Assembly: GCA_964016885.1 (NCBI GenBank)
Contig: OZ024742.1
Coordinates: forward strand, 225,556,001-225,620,000
Direction of reading: 5' to 3'
DNA: 64,000 nt
Origin: Eledone cirrhosa
Taxonomy: Eukaryota
A program made the position numbers and the translations under genes. Of the stretch, positions 26,768 to 41,970 are shown one piece after another; position 1 is the stretch's first letter, and every line of letters begins with the position of its first letter. The notes beneath the pieces are model-generated. The model ran no database searches, was not told where the DNA came from, and was given only the letters and a program-made list of their open reading frames with translations.

Positions 26768-27222
26768 TTTTGGATGGCCATTGACTCTTATGAGTTCTTC
26801 CGCCCTTTGTCAGGTTTTGTTTTTTTCCTGCAGGGTGTCTAAAAGCACCCTCCTCACCAAGTAAACTTGGTGGGGTAGCCGGTTTAGTCGCCGACGACCC
26901 GACCATGTGACAGGTTGTACTGGGTTACATGTTACCAGTAGCACTCAAGAGTGACCTGACATACTTGTGCAGTGCCTTTGCTCACTATAAAAGCTTCACG
27001 GCACAGGCATTGCTTTATATCTGGAGATCTCTCTGCACTTGTCGTCACATGGTACCATTGGCCCAGCACTATGTGTCAATAATTGTCACAAGTGTAGTGT
27101 TTGTACCAGAGTTTTCAAGTCGCTGGCTGGACTAAAAAGTCACACTCGTTCAGCCCATCGGTAGGGGTTCTCCTACATGGATGTAAAGTAGTGGCCGTAC
27201 TCGAAAACGAGTTGGCAGCCAC
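26768..27222 (+). mobile_element. element X with inverted 5' part (26768-26965); older inverted relative at about 26535-26720
   Basis: 26965-27222 matches 3050-3302; 26768-26797 is the reverse complement of 2866-2891. Confidence 0.65.
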
Positions 27223-27244
27223 CATATATATATATATATGTATG

Positions 27245-28221
27245 CACAAAATACTAGCTCTTTCAACTGCGCAGAGGGCTCTATAGAAATAGTGGACAGC
27301 TTCCGTTACCTGGGTGACAAAATCAGCAGTGGGGGAGGGTGCTCTGAAAGTACAGTAGCTAGAGTCAGAACTGGATGGAAAAAGTTCAGAGAGCTTATAC
27401 CACTATTAGCCGCTAAAGGGTTCTCCCTAAAAACGAAAGGCAGGTTGTATGATGCCTGCATACGAACAGCAATGCCCAGGGCATTGTGTGCAGAGGATAT
27501 ACGCAGACTAGAGAGGAACGAAGCTTGCATGCTCCGCTGGATGTGTAATAGTAATATACGTGAACGGCAAAGCATAAACGAACTAAGGAAAAAATTAGAA
27601 ATAAGAGGGATCAGATGTTGTTTACTCGAGAGAAGGCTACGTTGGTATGGACACGTGATGCGCATGAAAGTCGATAGCTGTATAACAAAGTGCAGGGCAA
27701 TAAAGATAGACGGTAGCCACGGAATAGGCAGACCTAGAAAAACCTGGGACGAGCTGATAAACTCCGACCTCACACACTTACACCTCTCCAAGACAATGTC
27801 ACTGGACCGAGACCTTTGGCGGTACTCAGTAATAGAGAAGACCCGCCTTACCTAAATACATAGTAAAACCTACTACAGTCAGTAGGCATCTCTAACAAAA
27901 TACCCCCCCCCCCCACCCACCCCTTCTATGTAAAGTTATGTTGGTGCCACACCATCCAGGCCGAAACAAATGAGATCGTGTAGGTGTCACGACAAAAAAA
28001 CACACAGTCCACGCTGTAATGTGGCCGTGTAGGCAACACGGTAAAAACCTCCCAGACCCACACTGTAAATGTGGTTGGTGTTAGGAAGGGCATCCAACTG
28101 TAGAAAACCTGCCAGACAGTCCTATGCGAGCAAGACAATCACTCTTGCCTCAAGTGGGAAAACCCCCGTCCAAACCCATGCAAGCGTGGAACACGGACGT
28201 TAAACGTTGATGATGATGATG
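27245..28221 (+). mobile_element. 5'-truncated RTE variant B
   Basis: Near-identical to 4948-5940. Confidence 0.9.
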
Positions 28222-28291
28222 TACATATGTATGTATATATATATATGTATGTATGTATATATGTATGTATATATGTATGTATGTATATATA

Positions 28292-28402
28292 TTTCAAGTC
28301 GCGGGCTGGACTAAAAAGTCACACTCATTCAGCGCATCAGTAGGGGTTCTCCTACATGGATGTAAAGTAGTGGCCGTACTCGAAAACGAGTTGGCAGCCA
28401 CC

Positions 28403-28436
<34 letters not shown>

Positions 28437-28606
28437 ATATGTATGTATATATATATATATATGTATGTATGTATATATGTATGTATGTATATATATTTCA
28501 AGTCGCGGACTGGACTAAAAAGTCACACTCATTCAGCGCATCAGTAGGGGTTCTCCTACATGGATATAAGGTCGTGGCCGTACTCGAAAACGAGTTGACA
28601 GCCACC
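28292..28606 (+). repeat. two tandem copies of the element X tail (28292-28402, 28496-28606)
   Basis: Both start TTTCAAGTCGC and end GCCACC, each flanked by TA/TATG. Confidence 0.8.
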
Positions 28607-28674
28607 ATGTATATATATATATGTATGTATGTATGTATATATGTATGTATGTATATATACATATGTATATATAT

Positions 28675-29865
28675 AGAAGGGAAGCAGAGGAAAGAAAGTT
28701 CAAGCATGTTCTACAACGCAAGGACCAAAAACGTGAGGTGTTCAGGATTGCTAGGCAATGTGTCAAGGAAAACCATGATATTGTTGGGGAGAAATGTGTC
28801 CTTAATGATGATGGTGTACTTGCCATCACTGACGCTGATAAGAAGGTAGCTTGGAAGTGTCACTACGAAAGGCTACTAAATGAGGAGAATAAATGGGAGA
28901 AAGACAGTCTCCCCCACATCGATCCAATAGAGGGATCAGCAGTGCAAGTTGAAGGTAGTATAACAAGTAAGGCGATCAAAGACATGAAGACAGGCAAGGC
29001 GGCTGGGCCTTCGGAAATAGTTGCTGAAATGCTGAAAGCATCTGGAACAGTGGGACACGCTATGGTCACCCGGATAGTAAACTAACTCATACAGAATGGG
29101 GTTGTTCCGAAGGACTGGCATAGCAGCATCATCATTAACTGCTACAAGGGTAAAGGAGATGCCCTAGATAGGAGTAACTATAGAGGCATTAAATTAATTG
29201 ACCAGGTCATGAAGGTCACGGAAAAAGTAATAGCGCAACTAATCAGAGAGCGAATTGATCTAGATGAAATGCAGTTCGGGTTTGTGTCGGGTAAAAGTAC
29301 CACAGACGCTCTTTTCATTGTACGACAACTACAGGAGAAGTACCTAGCTAAAAGTAAACCCCTATATTTAGCTTTTGTTGACTTGGAGAAAGCCTTTGAC
29401 AGAGTCCCACGCCCCATTATTTGGTGGGCTCTCAGAAAACTAGGTGTTGATGAATGGCTTGTGAGAGCTATACAAGCCATGTCTAAAGAAACAGTCAGCA
29501 AGGTTAGAATTAACAGCGAATATAGTGAAGAGTTTAGCGTAAAATTGGTGTTCATCAGGGCTCCGTCCTTAGCCCCCTCCTATTTATTATTGCCCTTCAG
29601 GCTATAACAGAGGAGTTCAAGACCGGCTGCCCATGGGAACTCCTATATGCAGATGATCTAACGCTCATAGCTGAATCAATGGCTGAACTAGAGAAGAAAT
29701 TCCAAACATGGAAGCATGGCCTAGAATCAAAAGGCCTTAAAATTAACCTGTCTAAGACTAAAGTTCTAGTATGTAGGAAGCAAAATAGGGCACTGGGAAA
29801 TGGCCATGCTTAGTGTGTAGGAAAGTATGGGTGCATAAAAGATGTAGTGGGATCACAGGTAAGCT
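28675..29865 (+). mobile_element. RTE variant B internal fragment (5'- and 3'-truncated)
   Basis: Homologous to 3684-4886; contains a stop and a frameshift. Confidence 0.9.
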
Positions 29866-30959
29866 GTGAGAGAAGGTGTAAATAGGAGGAAAGGCAAGAA
29901 AAAATAAATAAATACATATATAAATACATACATAAATACATAAAAGAATGAATGAGTAAAAGAAATATATAAAAAAGAAAAGAGGAATAATGACAAAAGA
30001 TGGAAAGTGTAAGGAAAGTAAAAGGAATAGAAGGGGATAAAGTAAAATAAAGGAAGCATCAAATAGAGGGGGGTAGAGAAAAAACCGTTGTTTTTAAATG
30101 CAAGATCAAATAGAACATCCAATCAATTCAACTAAACAATTAAATATCTTTAGTATTTGATTATGCATTAGCTAATTATACTTATATATTATATCAAAAT
30201 TAATCAGTATAGATTATTTTCTATAGCAATCACATATATCGTTTAATTAAAAATTTATATAATTTAATTTAACTCATTATGAATTATTATTTTTAATTTT
30301 AAGGTAAGGTATTCTATAAATATTTAGTTACAACTTTAAAAGAATTAATTTTTAAAGCGTATTTAAATAATTATTACATATGCATTAAAATATAATACCA
30401 TACATAAATCAGCATCAATACATATAATATATTTAGATCCTATATTACTCAAATTATTTAATTATGATATTCTCTTTATAAAATCTTCACTATTCTTTAA
30501 TTTTCATTTAATTTCTAGGATTAAACTGCAGTTACATTTACTCTCAAAAGTTTAATTTCATTAATTTAATGAAAGGTTATCTTTACTTCTGTATTTACTT
30601 ATTTTAATATTTAGTTTCATTTTAATGATAGTCTATATTATTATCTACATATTTCATATCTAATATAATTCAGCAAGCTAGTCAAAAAGAAAGGAAATTT
30701 TTACAGACAATGTAAACAAAAGGAAGATAACTCATTCACCATATAAACATTTATAATACATCTCTACTCACACATTCCGCGATATTTTGAAAGTCATAAA
30801 TCATCTATTGCAAATATCATAAAAGATGTCTAGTTAAATATTGAACTATCCTAATCAAAACATAGGATAATGAGTCTCTTAATGAAATAATTCTAATACA
30901 TATAAATAACTTATTACCACAATAAGGCAAAAGCATATATATATTAAATTATTAATTGA

Positions 30960-32630
30960 CAATATTTTTTCAAAACTTGTACAATGCTTGGAAAGTTTTA
31001 CCAATTTTATGGTGACAACTACTGAATAATTCGTTTTTTTTTGTTGATTAAATTGTCATAATTTAGAGTCTTGAAGTTACAAAGATTGAAATTTTGCGAA
31101 ATAGTTGTGTTCTGATAGGAATTGGTTTTCTTTAACTTGGTCCAAAAGATGGAGTATTTAGTATTATTGTCCTTTAAAGACCATATTAATTGTGAGAGGG
31201 AAGTTGAAAATTTCTTATCTGGTTTAGTAAAAGACTGTCTGTGATTATACCAACGTTCCTTAAATTTAGATGAAGTGGCACCAATATAGTTATATATATT
31301 ATTATTTGTCTTAATGGTACATTTATATACTATATTCTTGTCAAGGCAATTATTTTGTAAAGGACATTTGGACTTCTTTCTACAATTACATTTCTTCTCA
31401 ATGTTATTTCCAGACCTTAAACTATTCACATTAATGTTTAGAGGTGTTCTACTATTATTCATATTTAAACTATTATTGTTATTCTCGTTAACTAATGTAT
31501 TGTTATTATTGTTATTATTGATAATTATATGTTGGTTCAAATTAAGATTTTTACTATTTATTTTTGCTATATTTTGAGCAATATTCATAGTTGTTGAATA
31601 AGAAAGTTTAACTGTGTGTCTATTGAAAATAGAGTAATATTTATGTGACCTAGGGAAGCATTTATCCAGGGCTTTAAAAAATAAGTGTGCTACCGTTGTT
31701 TTAATAGCTAAAGATGCTGGCGGAGCATACCAAATTATAGATCTAGTTCTTGTTTTTTTCCCCGATTTATTCCTCAAGTTGTTGTTTTTATATTCATTTT
31801 TATTATGATTAGTGTGATTATAATTAATATTATTTTCAGTATTTTTTTCTATATACTCAATATTATTGTTATATCCAGCTTTATGTAATGCTTCATTATA
31901 ATACACAACCTTACTATTAAATATGGATCTATTAGCAGATAGCCTGGATATTTGTTGTTGTACACTGTTGACTATTGCATTCTTAACAATTTTAGGATGA
32001 TTAGAATAAAAACTAACATGATTTAAATTCTCATTAAGTTTATGGAAAGGATAATAAAGGCCTGAGTTCAAATTAAGAGTCATATCTAAAAAGTTAACTA
32101 TTTTGTTATTATTTTCTACTTCTAATTTCAGGTTGTAATTTAAAAAAAATTCTATAATTACTTTCTTTACTTTATTTAATTCACTATTATTATGTTTTTC
32201 TACAATAAATAGTATGTCGTCTCTATATAAACCTCCGGTAATCTCCGGCAGTTTATCATGTTAAGGATAAAAATTCCCACAAGATCCGTAACTTGCGCCG
32301 AATCAGACGAACCCATAGTAATGTCAAAATTCTTGTGTCTATCTGGTCTAGTCCAAAGATCATTATTAAAATCAATCAAAGTTCGCCTTGCTGTAAATAT
32401 ATATTTATCTCATCACTAGATAAGTCCGTATGTTTATATGCATATGATAGCGCCATATTTAAGAGATTAGGAGTTATCGAGGAATAATAACTTATGTCCA
32501 TTTGAATGAACTTATAATTATTTTTATTTTTGATATTATTGAACCAATCTATGACTTCACTAGTGCCTTTCCATAGGTTTAGCCATGACCTCAATTTAAG
32601 AGTTGGTCAAATCCTATCTATTATATTTTT
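30960..32630 (-). pseudogene. second Penelope-like element ORF remnant (RT + GIY-YIG); AT-rich 3' region extends to about 29870
   Basis: FIQMDI, MGSSDSAQVTDLVG, LYRDD, NFLDMTLNL, SNHP, CNCR..CPL..C...IVYKC...YIGAT...FKERWYNH. Confidence 0.88.
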
Positions 32631-32651
32631 ACTATATACATGTATATATAT

Positions 32652-33046
32652 CATCATCATCATCATCATCATCGTTTAACGTCTATCTTCCATGCTGGCA
32701 TGGATTTAAACGGGAATTGTCCCACTTGGGGTAAGATTGGTTGTCTTGCTTGTATAGGACTGTCTGGCAGGTTTTCTACGGCTGGATGCCCTTCCTAACA
32801 CCAACCACGTTTACAGTGTGGACTGGGAGGTTTTTATCGTGTTACCTACACGACCACATTACAGCGTGGACTGTATGTTTTTTTGTTGTGACACCTACAC
32901 GACGTCATTTATTTAGGACTGGATCTTTTGGTACCAACATAACTTTACATCGAAAGGGGTGGTGTAGATGGGGTGGGGGCAGGGGTGGTGTGACGGGGGT
33001 GTATTTTGGTTAAGAGGTGGCTACTGACTGTAGGTTTCGCTTTGTA

Positions 33047-33048
<2 letters not shown>
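32652..33048 (-). mobile_element. RTE variant B-type 3'UTR fragment
   Basis: Homologous to 39022-39440. Confidence 0.8.
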
Positions 33049-33686
<638 letters not shown>

Positions 33687-33699
33687 GTATATATGTATG

Positions 33700-33733
<34 letters not shown>

Positions 33734-33775
33734 TGTATATATATCTATGTATATATATATATATATATATACATA

Positions 33776-33836
<61 letters not shown>

Positions 33837-33843
33837 GTATATA

Positions 33844-33883
<40 letters not shown>

Positions 33884-33913
33884 TATGTATATATATATAT
33901 ATGTATATATATG

Positions 33914-33960
<47 letters not shown>

Positions 33961-34045
33961 GTATATATATGTATATATATATATATATGTATATATATGT
34001 ATATATATATATATATGTATATATATGTATATATGTATATATATG

Positions 34046-34096
<51 letters not shown>

Positions 34097-34119
34097 GTAC
34101 ATATATATGTATATATATG

Positions 34120-34152
<33 letters not shown>

Positions 34153-34259
34153 GTACATATATATGTATATATATGTATATATATATATATGTACATATAT
34201 ATGTATATATATGTATATATATATATGTATATATATATATATGTACATATATATGTATA

Positions 34260-34321
<62 letters not shown>

Positions 34322-34339
34322 TGTACATATATATGTATA

Positions 34340-34377
<38 letters not shown>

Positions 34378-34389
34378 TATATATGTATA

Positions 34390-34420
<31 letters not shown>

Positions 34421-34485
34421 GTACATATATATGTATATATATGTATATATATATATATATATGTACATATATATGTATATATATG

Positions 34486-34531
<46 letters not shown>

Positions 34532-34608
34532 CATATATATACATATATATGTATATATATGTATATATATATATACATATATATACATATATATGTATAT
34601 ATATGTAC

Positions 34609-34642
<34 letters not shown>

Positions 34643-34760
34643 CTTTATATATGTACATATATATATATATACATACATATATATATATATATATCTTTAT
34701 ATATGTACATATATATATATATATATACATATATATACATATATATGTATATATATGTAC

Positions 34761-34794
<34 letters not shown>

Positions 34795-34897
34795 CTTTAT
34801 ATATGTACATATATATATATATACATACATATATATATATATATATCTTTATATATGTACATATATATATATATACATACATATATATATATATATA

Positions 34898-36557
34898 TAA
34901 GTACCTAGCTAAAAGTAAATCCCTATACTTAGCTTTTGTCGACTTGGAGAAAGCCTTCGACAGAGTCCCCCGTTCCATTATCTGGTGGTCTCTTAGAAAA
35001 CTAGGTGTTGATGAATGGCTTGTGAGAGCTATACAAGCCATGTATAAAGAAACAGTCAGCAAGGTTAGAATTAACAATGAATATAGTGAAGAGTTTAGTG
35101 TAAAAGTTGGTGTTCATCAGGGCTCCGTTCTTATCCCCCTACTATTTATTATTGCCCTACAGGCTATAACAGTGGAGTTCAAGACCGGCTGCCCATGGGA
35201 ACTCCTATACGCAAATGATCTAACGCTCATAGCTGAATCAATGGCCGAACTAGAGAAGAAATTCCAAACATGGAAGCATGGCCTAGAATCAAAAGGCCTT
35301 AAAATTAACCTGTCTAAGACTAAAGTTCTCGTTTGTAGGAAGGAAAATAGGGCACCGGTCCCATCCAGGAAATGGCCATGCTCAATGTGTAGGAAAGGAG
35401 TAGGTAGAAACTCCATTTTATGTCCCAAATGCAAAGTATGGGTGCATAAAAGATGTAGTGGGATCACAGGTAAGCTAACTAAGAACATAGATTTTATATG
35501 TGGCCGGTGCTCTGGTGCAATAAGTAGCAGCAAGTGCCCACAGAATACTAGCTCATTCCATTGCACAGATGGTTCAATAGAAATAGTGGACAGCTTCCGT
35601 TACCTGGGTGACAAAATCAGCAGTGGGGGAGGGTGCTCTGAAAGTACAGTAGCTAGAGTCAGAACTGGATGGAAAAAGTTCAGAGAGCTTATACCACTAT
35701 TAGCCGCTAAAGGGTTCTCTTTAAAAATGAAAGGCAGGCTGTACGATGCCTGCATACGAACAGCAATGTTACATGGGAGTGAGACCTGGGCATTGTGTGC
35801 AGAGGATATATGCAGACTGGAGAGGAACGAAGCTTTCATGCTCCGCTGGATGTGTAATAGTAATATACGTGAACGGCAAAGCATTAACAAACTAAGGGAA
35901 AAATTAGAAATAAGAGGGATCAGATGTTGTTTACTCGAGAGAAGACTACGTTGATATGGTCACGTGATGCGCATGAAAGACGACAGCTGTATAAAAAAAG
36001 TGCAGGACAATAAAGATAGACGGTAGCCACGGAGTAGGCAGACCCAGAAAATCCTGGGACGACCTGATAAATTCCGACCTCACACACTTACACCTCTCCA
36101 AGACAATGTCACTGGACCGAGATCTTTGGCGGCACTGAGTAATAGAGAAGACCCGCCTTACCTAAATACAAAGTGAAACCTACTACAGTCAGTAGGCACC
36201 TCTAACAAAATACACCCCCGTCCCACTACCCCAACCCCATCCACCCCTTTCAATGTAAAGTTATGTTGGTACCACAACATCCAGCCCGAAACAAATGAGG
36301 TCAGGTAGGTGTCACAACAAAAAAACACACATTCCACGCTGTAATGTGGCCGTGTAGGTAACACGGTAAAAACCTCCAAGTTCCACACTGTAAATGTGGT
36401 TGGTGTTAGAAAGGGCATCCAGCCGTAGAAAACCCGCCAGACAGTCCTATGCGAGCAAGACAACCACTCTTGCCTCAAGTGGGAAAACTCCCGTCCAAAC
36501 CCATGCAAACGTGGAATATGGACATTAAACGATGATGATGATGATGATGATGATGAT
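34898..36557 (+). mobile_element. 5'-truncated RTE variant B
   Basis: Starts KYLAKSK; YADD changed to YAND; premature stop at 35954; complete 3'UTR and (GAT)n. Confidence 0.9.
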
Positions 36558-37696
36558 ACATGCACTGTTCATTTTCCTGACGTTTGTACATTACTCTACG
36601 TACTATACATACACTTTTGATGAGTTGTAGTGCACCTGAGCACTGTACACAATATTTTCATTATTATTTTCATATCAGCAGATCTACCTCTGAGAGTGCC
36701 AACATTAAATGTTGCAACTCTGAGATGCGACATCTTCATGTTTTGTTGTTGTTCCTATCTATTTGTTGCTGTGCTGATAAGCGTTTTGGCATTGATACAC
36801 TGGTTGGATGCCCTTCCTAACACCAGCGTTACTTTACAGCATGGACTGGGTGCTTTTATTTGTGCCACCAGCACTAGAGAGGATGTCTTACTAGACTCAA
36901 GGGCCCGCTCTACTCCTCCATTTTACAGCATGGTCATAAAAAAAAACACTTAATGACACGACACACACCAACACTCATGCATACAAACTACAAACACACA
37001 CGCCACTCACACCAACACTCGTGCATATAAACAGACACACCACTGACATACATATATATATATATTACCGGCAGTACTCATACAAAATCAAAATCATGTC
37101 AACTGTTCTTAGTTGGTTTTATTCAATGAACAAATATAATTATTTCTGAGGTCAGCATACGACCTATTTTCATCCCTAAAATAATCTTACATTCATAATA
37201 TTCTTTTCCATCCAAAACTGAAATCTACCTTCCTCTACCCATAAATTAAGGTTCTTTTACTACTAGATTACTATCTTGACCTTCACTATCTCTCTATTGG
37301 TCAATTCAAAACCTGTTCCCAAACAGACCTATTGTATTAAATCTTTGTTTTTTTCAATAAACAAATATCATTATTTCTGAAGACAGCATATATATATGTG
37401 TAGGTATGTATATTCCCTCTGATAGTTTGTATAAATATTTTACATAGATCTATAGAATATGCATACCAACACTAACACATATATATCCTAGAAACGATCG
37501 TAAAATGATGAATTTTTTTAATATAAGGAACTGTTTCTTTGTTTATTCATTACTTTATTAATTTATCTTGACTCTGTTTTCCGTTAATTTTCACCGAAAA
37601 TAGTTTTTGAATACATCTTCTCTTTTCATGATATCCGGATTACATTAAGTTCTTCATACGGATTGGACACTACCGTAAATTTTTGGTAGATTTATC

Positions 37697-37731
<35 letters not shown>

Positions 37732-37748
37732 ACACACATATATATATA

Positions 37749-38258
37749 ACTTTGATAGGTTTCGGCCAGTATTGGCCCAGGCCATGTCAAACTTGATACC
37801 ACCACCTGGCGAAGTCTTACAAATCAGAGTTTGGGCACCATGGCCCACTCAAGCAGAGAGTTATTGTTTATGGAGGCATATCCGGGTGTAGGAGGCTTAT
37901 CCGGGATTTCTTGAAGGAATTTGTCCAAAGACTTCTTGAACTTGATGGGGTCTGTCTCTGCTTTGATGTGTTTTGGTGTAATATTAAAGAGTGCAGGGCC
38001 AATTGAGGTGACATAATTGTGCCGTATTGTTGTTATGTGATGCGAGTGGGATTTTTGTTGTGAGCGGATAACGAGAGGCCCAAGCCTTGGGTGTACACTA
38101 AAGGTGATGCCAACATCATTTGGGCTAAGCTGATTGAATATTTTCCACATCATGCAAATAATGCAGCACACACGGCGACGTCGGAGAGAATAAAGGTTGA
38201 GCTTTTCTAATCGACTCCAATAGTCAAGGTCTGTCATGCCATCTATCTTTTTTGTAAT
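37749..38258 (-). mobile_element. 3' fragment of CR1/L2-group LINE
   Basis: [19 protein letters not shown]...GPALFN..P...FKKSLDKFL..IPDKP. Confidence 0.75.
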
Positions 38259-38263
38259 ATATA

Positions 38264-38304
<41 letters not shown>

Positions 38305-38422
38305 ATGTATATTTATGTACATATATGTGTGTGTGTATATATGTACATATATATAGTTATATGTATATATATATGTGTATGTATATATGTATATGTATGT
38401 ATATATAATATGTGTATGTATG

Positions 38423-38459
<37 letters not shown>

Positions 38460-38995
38460 GTACTCAGTAATAGAGAAGACCCGCCTTACCTGAATACAAA
38501 GTAAAACCTACTACAGTCAGTAGGCATCTCTAACAAAACACCCCCACCCCACCATCCCCACCCCATCCACACCGCCCCTTTCAATGTAAAGTTATGTTGG
38601 TGCCACAACATCCAGGCCGAAATAAATGAGATCGTGTAGGTGTCACGACAAAAAAAACACACACAGTCCACGCTGTAATGTGGCCGTGTAGGCAACACGG
38701 TAAAAACCTCCCAGTCCCACACTGTAAATGTGGTTGGTGTTAGGAAGGGCATCCAGCTGTAGAAAACCCTCCAGACAGTCCACGCTGTAATGTGGCTATG
38801 TAGGCAACACGGTAAAAACCTCCCAGCCCCACACTGTAAATGTGGTTGGTGTTAGGAAGGGCATCCAGCTGTAGAAAACCCGCCAGACAGTCCTATGCGA
38901 GCAAGACAACCACTCTTGCCTCAAGTGGGAAAACTCCCGTCCAAACCCATGCAAGCGTGGAACATGGACGTTAAACGATGATGATGATGATGATG
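38460..38995 (+). mobile_element. RTE variant B 3' end with internal tandem duplication
   Basis: About 38665-38780 is repeated at about 38775-38890. Confidence 0.85.
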
Positions 38996-39021
38996 TAATA
39001 TGTGTATATATATATATATAT

Positions 39022-41350
39022 CATCATTATCATCATCATCATTTAACGTCTATCTTCCACGCTAGCATGTGTTAGACGGAAGTTGTCCCACTTGAGGCAA
39101 GATTGGTCAGGTGACCGTGTCTTGCTCGTATAGGACTATCTGGCAGGTTCTCTATGGCTGGATGCCCTTCCTAACACCAACCACATTTACAGTGTGGGCT
39201 GGGAACTTTTACCGTGTTACCTACACGGCCACATTACAGCGTGGACTGTGTTTTTTTTTGTCGTGACACCTACACAATCTCGACCTCATTATCTCATTAG
39301 TTTGGACTGGATGTTGTGGTACCAACTTTACAGAGAAAGGGTGGTGTTGGTGGGAGTGGGAGGATTGAGTAGGGGTAGTGTGTTGGGGTGTATATTTGGT
39401 TAAGGGGTGCCTACTGACTGTAGGTTTCGCTTTGTACATAGGCAAGGCGGGTCTTCTGTATTACTGCATGGCGCCAAAGTTCTCGGTCCAGTGATATTGT
39501 CTTAGAGAGGTGCAAGTGTGTAAGGTCGGAATTTATCATGTCGTCCCAGGTTTGTCTGAGTCTACCTACTCCATAACTTCCATCAATTTTGATCGCCCTG
39601 CACTTTTTTATACAGCTGTCGTCTTTCATACGCATCATGTGACCATACCAACGTAGTCTTCTGTCAAGTAAACAGCATCTGATCCCTCTTATTCTTAACT
39701 TCTCACTTAGTTCATATATGTTTTGCCGTTCGCGTATATTACTATCCCACATCTAACGGAGCATGCATGCTTCATTCCTTTCCAGTCTGCGCAGGTCCTC
39801 TGCACACAATGCCTATGTCTCACTGCCTTGTAACATTGCTGTTTGTATACAGGCATCATACAATCTGCCTTTCATTTTTAGAGAGAAACCTTTTGTGGCC
39901 AACAGCGGTACTTTTCCCATCCCGTTTTGACTCTGGCTACTGTACTTTCAGAGCACCCTCCACCACTGTTGATTTTGTCACCCAGGTAGCGGAAAGTGTC
40001 CACTATTTCTATAGAACCATCTGGGCAGTAGAAGGAACTAGTATCCTGTGGGTACTTGCTACTTATTACACCTGAACATCGGCCCCATATAAAATCTACG
40101 TTCTTAGATAGCTTATCTGTGATCTCACTACATCTTTTATGTACCCATAGTTTGCATTTGGGACATAAAATGGAATTTCTACCTACTCCTTTCCTACACA
40201 CTGAGCATAGCCATTTCCCAGAGGGCACCTGTGCCCTATTTTCCTTTCTACATACTAGAACTTTAGTCTTAGACAAATTAACTTTAAGGCGTTTTGATTC
40301 TAGGCCATGCTTTCATGTTTGGAATTTCTTCTCTAATTCAGCCATAGATTCAGCTATGAGAGTTAGATCATCTGCTTATAGAAGTTCCAATGGGAAGCCA
40401 GTCTTGAACTCCTCTGTTATAGCCTGAAGTGCAATAATAAATAGGAGGGGTCTAAGGACAGAGCCTTGATGAACGCTAACTTTTATGCTAAATTCTTCAC
40501 TCTATTCATTGTTAATTCTAACCTTGCTGACTGTTTCTTTATACAAGGCTTGTATAGCTCTCACATGCCATTCCTCTACACCTAGTTTTCTAAGAGCCCA
40601 CCAGATAATGGAGCGGGGTACTCTGTCAAAGGCTTTCTCCAAGTCAACAGAAGCTAAGTAGAGGGGGTTTACTGTAGCTAGGTACTTCTCCTGTAGTTGT
40701 CATACAAGGAAAAGAGCGTCTGTGGTACTTTTACCTGACACAAACCCAAACTGCATTTCATCTAGATCAATTTGATCTCTGATTAGTTGTGCTATAACTC
40801 TGTGACCTTCATGACCTGGTCAACTAACTTAATGCCTCTATACTTTCCTCTAGAGCATCTCCTTTACTCTTGTAGCAGTTAATGATGATGCTGCTACGCC
40901 AATCATTTTGTATGACCCCATTCTGTATTACTTGGTTTAATATCCGGGTGATCATAGTATGTCCCACCATTCCGGATGTTTTCAACATCTCAGCAACTAT
41001 ATCTGAAGGCCCAGCTGCCTTGCCTGTCTTTATATCTTTGATTGTCTTACTTATTATACTACCTTTAACTTGCACCGTTGGTCCCTCTATTTGATCGATT
41101 TGTAGCAGACTATCTTTTTCCCATTTATTCTCCTCATTTAGTAGTCTCTCGTAGTGACACTTCGAAGCTACCTTCTTATCAGTGTCAGTGAGGGCAAGTA
41201 CACCATCATCATTACGGACACACTTCTCTCCGACAATATCACGGTTTTCCTTGACACATTGTCTTGCAATCCTAAACACCTCATGTGTTTAGTCTTCACG
41301 CTGTAGAACATGCTTGAACTTTCTATCCTCTGCTTCCCTTCTTGCAAAGT
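39022..41350 (-). mobile_element. older 5'-truncated RTE (variant B-related), multiple frameshifts
   Basis: ORFs 40824-41279, 39878-40276 and 39411-39752 are RTE RT pieces; 3'UTR module and (GAT)n present. Confidence 0.9.
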
Positions 41351-41376
41351 GCATATATATATGTATATGTATATGT

Positions 41377-41625
41377 GAAGGTGCATGAAGGTGCATTAGA
41401 GGGTCAGGCTTACAATCGTGAGATTGTGTGTTTGATTCTCAGACCGGGTTTTGCATTGTGATCTTGTGCAAGACTTTATTTCATGTTGCTCCAGTTCACT
41501 CAGCTGTAGAAATAAGTTGTGATGTCACTGGTGCCAAGCCGTGTTGGCTTTTGCTTTTCCTTGGACAATATCAGTGGCATGGAGAGGGGAGACGGGAATG
41601 CATGGACGTTAAATGATGCTGATGA
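41377..41625 (+). mobile_element. degenerate tRNA-CORE SINE with RTE-like tail
   Basis: TTTATTTCATGTTGCTCCAGTTCACTCAGCTGTAGAAAT; ends GGACGTTAAATGATG. Confidence 0.65.
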
Positions 41626-41665
41626 TATACATATATATAAATATATATATACACACACACACACA

Positions 41666-41731
<66 letters not shown>

Positions 41732-41970
41732 TATATATACAAATGCATACTGGTCTTCTACACACAACCTTGCCCAGACTTGTGCCTTGGAGAGGAACTT
41801 TCATGGTTATTCATGACCGAAGGGGGTCTTTAACCTATATATATATATATATAAATATATATATGTGTGTGTGTGTATTGTATATATATATATTTATGTG
41901 TGTATATGTATATATATATATATATGTATATATATGAGTGTGTATATGTATATATACATATATATGTATA

